Shown here one piece after another: positions 1-9,900 of a stretch of DNA of 64,000 bases. The stretch comes from a virus. Lineage: Duplodnaviria; Caudoviricetes. Position numbers and translations under genes: made by a program. The stretch spans positions 1,917 to 65,916 of the IMG/VR virus record IMGVR_UViG_3300042346_000266; one strand, written 5' to 3'. The notes beneath the pieces are model-generated. The model was not told the origin of the DNA, ran no database searches, and saw only the letters and a program-made list of their open reading frames with translations. Position 1 is the first letter of the stretch; every line of letters starts with the position of its first letter.

Positions 1-2
1 CA

Positions 3-719
3 ACTGAATATGAAATTTTAGAAGAGAATGAGGATATAGATTATATATCACAAAGAGAATCAGAATTACAATCATTATACGGATACGTACAAGATAAGGA
101 TTCATATAAAACAACAATTAAAAACAGAAATCAAATGGTATTAAATGTAACAGAACAAACAACAACTTTTCCATGCCCTCTTAATAAGTTGAAAGGTAAT
201 TTAATGGATAATAAACATTTAAAAATAGAAACAGATCTTGGTAAATATGTATTAACAGACGAATTAATAAATTGGATTGTTGGTAATGCAAACACTTCAA
301 TGTTTAATCCAGCAAGATCATATGTATATAATAAAGCTATGGATGAATTTGCTAAATCATTAGGCAAAAGAACTCCTGCTACAGAATATAAAAATCACCC
401 AGAAGAAGTTACTAAAGAAGATCCTAATGTATATGATTTAATTAGAAAGTGGGCTGATGAACGCGGAATTTACAAGAGTGGCGATTCAAAAACACAATAT
501 GTAAAGCTGATGGAAGAGTCTGGCGAATTAGCAAGAGCTATACTCAAAAATAACAAACCAGAACTTATTGATGCTATTGGAGATATGATGGTTGTATTAA
601 CTAATCTAGCCGCTTTAGAAGGCTTAAAAGTTGAAGATTGTGTTGTATCTGCTTACGATGTAATTAAATCAAGGAAAGGCTCAATGGTTAATGGTTCTTT
701 TGTAAAACAAACACTATAA
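3..719 (+). CDS. MazG-like nucleotide pyrophosphohydrolase with N-terminal extension (5' truncated by window)
   Basis: C-terminal EESGELA...DAIGD MazG motif. The frame is open from base 3 into the ORF called at 135, so the true start may lie upstream of the window. Confidence 0.8.
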   Translation, partial: TEYEILEENEDIDYISQRESELQSLYGYVQDKDSYKTTIKNRNQMVLNVTEQTTTFPCPLNKLKGNLMDNKHLKIETDLGKYVLTDELINWIVGNANTSMFNPARSYVYNKAMDEFAKSLGKRTPATEYKNHPEEVTKEDPNVYDLIRKWADERGIYKSGDSKTQYVKLMEESGELARAILKNNKPELIDAIGDMMVVLTNLAALEGLKVEDCVVSAYDVIKSRKGSMVNGSFVKQTL

Positions 720-720
720 T

Positions 721-1155
721 ATGACAAAACAAGAAATTGAATTTAGAGATCCTGTTGTACAATGCGTTGTAAATAAATTTGTAAGTAGATCTGATGTTGG
801 TTTTGCAAAGTATGGAAAAACATTACGAGAAGACAATTCTGATGTGTTTATGTGGCTTAATCACGTTCAAGAAGAGCTTATGGATGCTACATTGTATATA
901 CAAAGATTAAAAGAAGAGATTGCAAATTTAAGAGAAGAAAAAGCATTACTACGTGAAATAAATGATATTGACGTTATAGATGCTTTTGAAGTAAAAGTAA
1001 AAAAAAACCATCCAAAAGAAAAATTAAATCATATGAATGGACGTGGTGATTATTATACATTTACTATAGATGATGATTGCGATATTGTAGAAAGATATAT
1101 ATCAACCACAACGGACAGTCATTTTAATTTCAAAAATACTAATGCCAAGGATTAA
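721..1155 (+). CDS. hypothetical protein, all-alpha NTP-PPase-like (KYG...EELMDA)
   Basis: G..KYG and QEELMDATLY motifs; lies in the nucleotide metabolism operon. Confidence 0.55.
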   Translation: MTKQEIEFRDPVVQCVVNKFVSRSDVGFAKYGKTLREDNSDVFMWLNHVQEELMDATLYIQRLKEEIANLREEKALLREINDIDVIDAFEVKVKKNHPKEKLNHMNGRGDYYTFTIDDDCDIVERYISTTTDSHFNFKNTNAKD

Positions 1156-1588
1156 AAGAAAAAAAGGTCCCGTTGTATCTAAAAAAGTTATATATGACGG
1201 GATTTCCTTTTCATCAGGGCTTGAAAAGTATATGTATAAAGCATTGAAAGAAGCCGGTATATACGCAGAATATGAAAGTCAAACGTTCGAGTTATTACCT
1301 TCGTTTATATTTAAAAATAGCTGTGTAGAAAGACAAGCAAATGGCAAAGGCGACTTTATAGACAGAGGCAATAAAAAAGTTTTAAATTTAAAATATACCC
1401 CAGATTTTATTGGTGAAGATTTTATAATTGAAACTAAAGGCAGAGCTAATGACGCTTTCCCCCTGCGATGGAAAATGTTTAAATATTTAATGACTTTAAT
1501 GTGTGACAAAAGAACCTTATATAAACCACAATCACAATCAGACTGTGATAAAACTATCGAATTAATTTTAAAAACTAGAAGCAAATAA
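1142..1588 (+). CDS. PD-(D/E)xK endonuclease, T7 endonuclease I/Holliday junction resolvase-like
   Basis: F.SGLE and YTPDF...IIETKG motifs. Confidence 0.8.
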   Translation: MPRIKRKKGPVVSKKVIYDGISFSSGLEKYMYKALKEAGIYAEYESQTFELLPSFIFKNSCVERQANGKGDFIDRGNKKVLNLKYTPDFIGEDFIIETKGRANDAFPLRWKMFKYLMTLMCDKRTLYKPQSQSDCDKTIELILKTRSK

Positions 1589-1590
1589 TT

Positions 1591-1776
1591 ATGACAAAAA
1601 AGAAACAAAAAATCGACGAACCAAAAGACTTAGAACAAAGAGAAAGATATTGGAGTATATCAATTGGATTTTATCCGGGTATATTATTTGGTATTAGGAC
1701 ATACGAAGAATCTGATTATTCAATACATGTATTATACTTGCCTTTTGTAGATATTGCTTTTGAAATAGATAAATAA
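1591..1776 (+). CDS. hypothetical protein
   Basis: ORF tightly packed in the operon. Confidence 0.65.
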   Translation: MTKKKQKIDEPKDLEQRERYWSISIGFYPGILFGIRTYEESDYSIHVLYLPFVDIAFEIDK

Positions 1777-1785
1777 AAAATAAAT

Positions 1786-3654
1786 ATGAGTTTAACTTTA
1801 GATAAACAAATACTATCCGATATAACTGTTTATACAAAATATGCGAAGTATTTACCTGATAAGGAAAGGCGCGAAACATGGGATGAATTAGTTACTAGAA
1901 ACATGGAAATGCACACTTCCAAGTTTCCAAAAATGAAAGAATCAATTGAGCAAATTTACAAAGATTTTGTGTTTAATAAAAAAGTTTTACCATCAATGCG
2001 TAGTTTGCAATTTGGTGGTAAAGCTATTGATCTTAATAATGCTCGCATTTATAACTGCGCTTTTTTACCTATTGATAGTATTCATAGTTTTTCTGAGACT
2101 ATGTTCTTATTGCTTGGTGGAACCGGAGTTGGTTATTCGGTACAGCAACATCAAATTGAAAAACTTCCAGAAATACGTAAACCAAACTATGATCGCAAAA
2201 AAAGATACGTAGTACAGGATAGCATTATTGGGTGGGCAGATGCAATTAAGACATTGTTCAAGTCATATACAGGAGCTATGACTTCTCATATTGAATTTGA
2301 TCTTTCTGACATTAGACAAAAAGGAGCATTGCTAGTTACAGCTGGCGGTAAAGCGCCGGGTCCGGAACCTCTAAGATTAGCTTTGGTAAAAATTGAAGCT
2401 ATATTACGTGAAAAAGCGGATAGATCAAAGTTAACCGACATTGAATGTCATGATATTCAGTGCCATATTGCTGATGCGGTATTAGCAGGAGGTATTAGGC
2501 GAGCAGCAATGATTAGTTTATTTGATCTTGACAGCACAGCAATGCTCAATTGCAAAGCTGGAGAATGGTGGGAAAACAATCCTCAGAGAGGTAGAGCTAA
2601 TAACTCTGTAGTATTATTAAGACATAAGATTGACAAGAAAACATTTGATAAAGTATGGGAGCGTATTGAAGCATCCGGATCAGGAGAACCTGGAATCTAT
2701 CTAACCAATGATAAAGACTGGGGAACTAATCCTTGTTGTGAGATTGCATTACGTCCATATCAATTCTGTAATCTTACTGAAATCAATATGGCTGATATTG
2801 AAAGTCAAGAAGATTTTAATGCTAGAGCATCAGCTGCGGCATTTTTAGGCACATTGCAGGCGTCATACTCAGACTTTCATTACCTGCGTGATATATGGAA
2901 AAAGAATACAGAAAAAGATGCTTTATTAGGAGTATCAATGACAGGTATTGCATCTGAACCTAATTTAAAATTAAATTATGAAGAAGCTTCACAAGTTGTT
3001 AAAGACACAAACAATGTTATATCTGCCGCACTTGGTATCAACAAAGCAGCAAGAACAACTGCAGTTAAACCGGCTGGAACTACTAGTCTTGTACTTGGGA
3101 CTTCTTCTGGTATTCATGCTTGGCACAATGATTATTACATTCGTCGCATGCGCTTAGGAAAAAATGAAGCTATTTATTCTTATCTTGCAATAAACCATCC
3201 AGAACTGATCGAAGATGAATACTTTAATCCAACGTTGCAGGCTGTTGTTTCAGTTCCACAGAAGGCACCAAATGGAGCTATAACAAGACATGAGTCCACA
3301 TTAGATCTTCTTGAAAGAGTTAAACTAATATCTAAAGATTGGGTAAAAAATGGACATATTAAAGGCAACAATACTCATAATGTTTCTTGTACAGTTTCTA
3401 TTAGAGACGGGGAATGGAAAAATATTGGTGAATGGATGTGGGCAAATAAAGAATATTATAATGGGTTATCTGTATTACCTTACAACGGTGGCACATACAA
3501 GCAAACTCCATTTGAGGACTGTACTAAAGAAGTATATGAAGAAATGATGTCTACATTAAAAGATGTTGATCTATCAAAAGTAATTGAAGTTCAAGATAAT
3601 ACTAACTTTGCAGATTCAGCTGCTTGTGGCGGTGGTAATTGTGAAATAACATAA
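1786..3654 (+). CDS. nrdJ: class II (adenosylcobalamin-dependent) ribonucleotide reductase
   Basis: NPCCEI catalytic loop, TAVKPAGTTS, C-terminal CGGGNC cysteine pair; no beta subunit adjacent. Confidence 0.9.
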   Translation: MSLTLDKQILSDITVYTKYAKYLPDKERRETWDELVTRNMEMHTSKFPKMKESIEQIYKDFVFNKKVLPSMRSLQFGGKAIDLNNARIYNCAFLPIDSIHSFSETMFLLLGGTGVGYSVQQHQIEKLPEIRKPNYDRKKRYVVQDSIIGWADAIKTLFKSYTGAMTSHIEFDLSDIRQKGALLVTAGGKAPGPEPLRLALVKIEAILREKADRSKLTDIECHDIQCHIADAVLAGGIRRAAMISLFDLDSTAMLNCKAGEWWENNPQRGRANNSVVLLRHKIDKKTFDKVWERIEASGSGEPGIYLTNDKDWGTNPCCEIALRPYQFCNLTEINMADIESQEDFNARASAAAFLGTLQASYSDFHYLRDIWKKNTEKDALLGVSMTGIASEPNLKLNYEEASQVVKDTNNVISAALGINKAARTTAVKPAGTTSLVLGTSSGIHAWHNDYYIRRMRLGKNEAIYSYLAINHPELIEDEYFNPTLQAVVSVPQKAPNGAITRHESTLDLLERVKLISKDWVKNGHIKGNNTHNVSCTVSIRDGEWKNIGEWMWANKEYYNGLSVLPYNGGTYKQTPFEDCTKEVYEEMMSTLKDVDLSKVIEVQDNTNFADSAACGGGNCEIT

Positions 3655-3660
3655 TAATAA

Positions 3661-3855
3661 ATGAAAGAACAAACATTAGTTGAAATGAAAAACAAAGTAG
3701 AGTCATTAGCTAGACTTCTACAATATGTAATGAATGAACAACAACATTTAACAACTTTAGCTGCAGGTACATTAGAAACTATTAAATTAATGCCAGGTTA
3801 TGACGATGCTATTAAAGTTATGACTGAAAAAGCAAAAGAAGAATTGGGTAAGTGA
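3661..3855 (+). CDS. hypothetical protein
   Basis: ORF between RNR and terminator. Confidence 0.65.
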   Translation: MKEQTLVEMKNKVESLARLLQYVMNEQQHLTTLAAGTLETIKLMPGYDDAIKVMTEKAKEELGK

Positions 3856-3860
3856 TAAAT

Positions 3861-3897
3861 AAAAAAAAGGGGCACTAATTAAAGTGTCCCTTTTTTA
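3861..3897. terminator. bidirectional intrinsic terminator
   Basis: A8-GGGGCACT-loop-AGTGTCCC-T6 between convergent gene blocks. Confidence 0.85.
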
Positions 3898-3930
3898 TTT
3901 ATGAGATTTTAGGTATGTTGCCTAGTATAC

Positions 3931-6900
3931 TTATCCCATCTTTCTTTTCTTTTTTTCTTCTCTACGCTTTTTAGCATCTTCTCTACGTTTTAAAGCCGCT
4001 GCTCTTTTTATAGCTATTCTTTCTTTTAATGGCAATGCTCTAATAGAGTCTTTTGTTCTCTGTCTTGTTTCCTTAGCTTTTATTTTACCAGCTTCTTTTC
4101 TAAATGCTTTAGCTTCTTCTCTTATTTTAATATCACCAGCCGGTTCTTCTATACCAAGACTAATTGAATTCCATCCTAATAAAAGAGCAACTCTTTGCCA
4201 TGCGTCATGTTGTGAATTCATTGCTTGCGAAACATTCTCAATTTTATTAACTAAACGGTCAGCTGGTGCTCCTATTCCAGCTTCTATTAGTTTACCAGTA
4301 ACAGAATACATAGGACCTAAATGAACTCTACCATCTTGCATAACATCCCAACCGCGTTTTTCTATAAGATCTTTTTCAAACTTTGTTTGCTGTAATGCTG
4401 AGTAAACTTTACGCGCTTTTGATCCTATTGGAGGTGATATATTTAAACCTTCTAAAACAACTTTAGCATAGTCCGCTTTATAATCTTTAGCTTTTTCATC
4501 TAGGTATTTAACGGCCATGTTTTTAAGCGTAGCTACTATTGCACCATAATATCCAGTACCACGTAAGATAGAATCTAATACACCATTAGCAACATCAATA
4601 GCTCTGTCTTCTGTTGTTTTTGGTTTTGACTTTTTATCTTTTTCTTTGTATTTTTCTTCTTCTTCATCATCGCCAAAAATTACAGCAAATAAACCTTGTT
4701 GTAAAGCAGAGAACATTATATTCTGGATAGCTAAGTAGTAAATTATCTTTGAAACATGCGTTTTAGCATTACCCCTACCATTCTTTAAATCTAGAAACGA
4801 TTTTTTAACAATACGTGATTGTTGCATTGCTGTATTTTGGAATGTTAATAATAACCTACCAGCTGGACTTGCTTGCTGTTGTGATATATCTCTTGGATCA
4901 CCTGACTGCTGTGTTTCATCTGATACTTTTGTAAAATCAGTCCATGCTTTATCTTCCGCTTCTTCCTTAGTTAATCCTTCTTTTAAATATGAATTAATTC
5001 TATTTCTATAAAATGGCGCGCCTCCAGAAGCAATAGCAAAACTATCCGCTAATTGTGTTGGAGCATAACCTTTCTTTAATAACCAGGATATAACAGCAGA
5101 AGCTTTGTTTTTACTACCTGCAGCAGCATTAGCTATTTCAGATGCCGCAACATCTTCTTTAAGGCCACCTCTTCTTTCCTTCATTTTATCTGAATTCCAT
5201 ATAGTGGCAAAGTCTTCCCAATATTGTTTTTGATTAGCAAAAGCTTTACCTGCAGCAACAGGGTTATTGTCTCTTAAGTTTAGAAAGTTAACCGCTCCTA
5301 GTAATTGCAAGGATGCTGATCTAATATTCAAGAACATAATATTACCAGTAGAATTATTTACCCAGTTGCTCCAAGCATTAGTACCCTTATCTTTTCCATG
5401 ACTTCTATTTTTACCAGTTGTCATTCTATAAAGAACATCTTCAATAGCTTCTCTAGTATCTGTTCCATATAGAGCTTCTACTTTATTCATATTAGGACCA
5501 ACTAATCTACCCTGTTCCCATTTACCAAAGATTTCCTCGTAATTAGCAATGAACTCTTCCAAGAACTTCTTTCTACCATTACCTTCTGTAAGACCGTGTA
5601 GATCAGAAATGATTGTACTTGAATCCCAATTAGCCTCAGGCTTAATCCAGTCTTTACCTTGCTTACCAGTTATAAGCAATCCATTTTTAAATGCAGTTAA
5701 ATCAGGATCATTATTAACAAAGTTGCTTAGCATTCTTTGATCCTTCTTAGTTAACCCAGGTATCTCTACACCATTTGCATCCCATATTGCAACACGTATT
5801 GCTTGGTCATATGTAAATTCGCTATTTGGTATTAGCTTTTCTAATTCTCCTTTTACAAACGGATATTCCTTTAATAATGCTTTATAATCATTTTTAATTG
5901 ATTGTCTAGCAGCATCTAATAAATCAGTTCCATTAGAATATGGATCAAGCAAAGCTTCTCTAAAAAACTTATATTGTTCCTCACCTCTTTTTCCTTTACC
6001 CAAAAATTTATACAAAAGCAACTCAAAGTCAGCGGCAGAAGGCGGTACATACACGTCAAATATACCCTTACTAGCACCTCTTCTTTTAGCTACAATATCA
6101 GAATATGTAATCATAGGACCTATACCGGTATTCTGTGATATTATTTTATTAAACTGCCCATCTAATGAATTAAAGAATGCAAGTTTTTTCTGTTGCTTTT
6201 CTCCTTTTACATCAAAGTCTTCTAATATTGTTTTTACACCTTTTGAGTTTTTAAACTTATCGCCAGCAATATTAAAATCATTAAATCCTTCGGAGAATTT
6301 ACTAGTAACCCAATCGGCTTTAGCTTGATCCGTATTATCGTCTAATGTGTTTATATTGTTTGCAGGTATGTTAACCCCAACGTTTTGCAATAACACTTGT
6401 ATAGCATTTCCAGATTCCGTTGGCTCTATTGTAACACCAAAACTGCTTTCTGGATCAGTATTATCAAAACCGTCTAATATGTCCTTGTTTTTTGCAACTT
6501 CTGCTTTTACGTCTGTATAATCAAATATAATGCCGTCAAGTTCAAGTTGCATTTGTTGCTTAAGGAATTCTGGTATTGTTAATTTTTTAACTTTACCTTC
6601 TTTGTCTTTATATGAAACTTTCTTTTTTATTTTAGCTAGTCTTTCGTCAATATCTATTACACTTATTTTCTTAGGTTTTGCAACATAAGAAGGTCTAGCC
6701 GCATTCAATACTGCTTTAACTGCTCTTGCTGATATTCTATTTCGTTTTAATAAAGAAGCTTTTCTAATTATTGTTAAGAGTTTCTTTGGTTTATCATGTA
6801 TATCCACCGGTGATTTCTGATCCCAATTTGAAGCCATTTTCGGGAAACCAATAAAATACACATTGACATTCTTATCTTTATCCATAGAGCCTCTTTGAGT

Positions 6901-9900
6901 GGTTATTTCAAAGTTTACATCACCTTCTAAATCTGGCAATATACCTTCAAACTTTGTATCTCCATAAGAGAATGTTCCAACCCCTCCAAATGTAATAGCA
7001 TCATTAGTCCCCCCATTTAATTTTTTTACTAAATCTGCATTAGCACTTATTCTAACTTTAGCTTTTTCTTGTAAAGCCCTAGCCTTAGGGTCTTTAAATA
7101 CTTCTATAGGTACTTTTATATTACCATTAGCGACTATCTCACCTCCATTTTCTAACAGGTAATCAGTGTATGCTTTAATATTAGGATCATTTTTTAAAGT
7201 TTCAGCTATAACATCATTTATACCAGTATCTTTATTAATTGTTGGGTTTGTAGTTACATTATTTATAACTACACCTTTTAGTCTTGAATCTTTATCTAAT
7301 TTTAATTCAAAGTTATATGTATTCTTTTTATACTCTATCTTTAAATCAGTCAATTTAGATGTTGATGTCGATGCAACTTTACTAACTAACTTAAATCTAT
7401 TTATTTTACTAAGTACTTTTTCAACTGGATCTTCTAAAGCAGATATTATTTTATTTTTAAAATCAAACTCTTTATTTTCTAAGTCAATAACTTTTAAATA
7501 TTTTCTTAATTGTTTTATAGACTTTTCTTGTAGCACATTTGTTACATATTCAGAATCTTCTTTTGACAAACCAGATACGAACTTCTTATAATCTTCATTA
7601 TTTAAATCCCATTCATTTTTACTAAGAACAGTAAGAACTTCTCTAGCTACCTTTTTAGATTGCTTAACATTACCACGTTCAGCTTGTCTCGCTATTTCTG
7701 CAGATAAAGTTTCAAGTACCTCAACACCTTTTCTTTCTTGATTTGTTTTTAACGCATCAAATATAGGACCTTCATTTGCAAGGTCATCTAATACAATATC
7801 AAAAGCAGCTTCTTCAGCAATTACCTTTGCTAAAGACTCTTTCCTACCTCTAATAGGATTACCATCAGGGCCAATGATTTGATCAAGAAAATCTGCATCT
7901 GAAATGTTATTTGCTACATTCGGTAATCTTCTAACTAATTCATGCCCAGCTGTTCTTCCAGCGTTATCTGTACTAACAGATTCTCTGTCAATTTTTTTAC
8001 CAACCCATTCAGGAAAATTTGTCCATTTACCATCTATACGTTTTTGAATAGCAATAGGCATACCGCCTTGGCCATCCTTACCCATTAACCAAGTGGTAGT
8101 CATATTTTCAAGAATATACTTTTTGTTTTTCAATAACCAATTTTTTAATTGATCATCTTTTTTGCCACCCATTACCGTCTTAACATCAATGTCTGCTTGT
8201 TTACCAATCTCATCCCTAATTTCAGCTATTAATGGAGTTACAGTACGGTTTAATGTAATAGGAGCATCAATTCTAGACTTTAAAGTTCTAATTACAGTAA
8301 TTATCTTGTTATTTATTGTTTCTAAGGTCTCTGGTTCAAAAACTTTTGATTCTAATGCGTTTTTATACTTTGGTTTTTCTACTGTTCTAGCAGTCATGTT
8401 TTGATCTGCAGTTTCTGTAGCCATTATACCAACCTCTTCTGTAACATCTTTACTAAATTCTTTTCCTAAAATCCTCCTAGACGTAGCTATTGCTCTAACT
8501 GGCAAGTATTTATTAATATAAGCAGCCAATGGAACTCCTGATTCAGGTTTATATTTAGTTATTAAGTCTAAGATACCACCAACGCCAGTTTCTATTTCAT
8601 CTGTTAGTAATTCTCTATCAAAGTCTGGAGCATCTCTACGTTTATCTACAATACGGTTAGTTATAGGTCTAAATAATTTGATAATTTCATCTGCTCCATT
8701 TCTACCTTTTTCATTATATATTTTTTGCACTTTATCAGATGATATAGATGCTTTTTCTTCTCTTATTATTTTTTTAAGTGCATTTTCCTCATCATCTTCT
8801 TGCTCCTCTTTTGTTTTTTCTTTTTTAACAACCTCTTCTTTTACAGGTGCTTTTTCAATTAGCTTTTCGGCGGTTTTTATTTTGCGTTCTATGTTAGCTT
8901 TTTTAGCAGTATATTCTGCCTCTTCCATATCGCCATAGCCTTCATCATATTCATCCTCAAGATCTTGCAATTCTTTAGTTAGACTTTCGACCTGAGCTTT
9001 TGATGATTTTATATCTTGTTTTGTTGTTTCCTCTGTGATCTCACTAGCCGGTTTTTTATATATACCTTCTTTTGTTAATCTTTCAAATGCTTTATTACCT
9101 GTGCCTTTTTTAAATGTTTTATTATAGTCTTTAACAAAATTAAATACATCTTCTCCTGTTTCAAAACTAATATTTTTAAAACCATATCGTTGTAATAATC
9201 TTCTTACTATATCACCTATTTTAGTAAAAAAAGTTTCATTGTATTTTATATCTCCATTATTTAAAGATTCAGATAATAATGGCAAAACCTCTTCTAGGTA
9301 TTTTCCTTCCTCTTTTGCTAAATATTTTTCAGATACAGATATAACTTTATTATATTCATCTTCAGTTATAGCGCCATTATCTAAATTATTTTTTGCATTT
9401 TTTATAGCTGTACTAGCCTTACTCTCGGCCTTCTCAAAATCTTTTTTATAACCTATATATCTTTTTTGGAATTCAGTTTTGCCCAAAACTTCAGTTCCCA
9501 GTGTTTTTTCAATATGGTTATATAGTTCTGTACCAATCTTTTTTTGTAACTCAGTATTATTTTTTACAGCGTTAAATATTACTTTATGTAAAAATTCATG
9601 TTGCCCAGTAGTAACTACTCCGGTCATTTCCGCTACTTCTTGATTTACTATTAATGCTTCCTTTCCATTTTTTAAAGGTATAAATATACCGGCACTATCA
9701 GAGTAATCTTCAATATCTCTTTCAGTTAAACCTAATTTCTCTAAATCAGCATTTTCTTTTATATAATCATATACAGCTTTACTATCTTTTAAATCAGGAA
9801 TATCTGTTGTTTCAGTTATTCCAATTGCTTCTGCCATTTTTTTTGTAAGTTCAACGTCTGTTGAAATAGCTTCTCGCAAAGAAATATCACGTAATTCACT

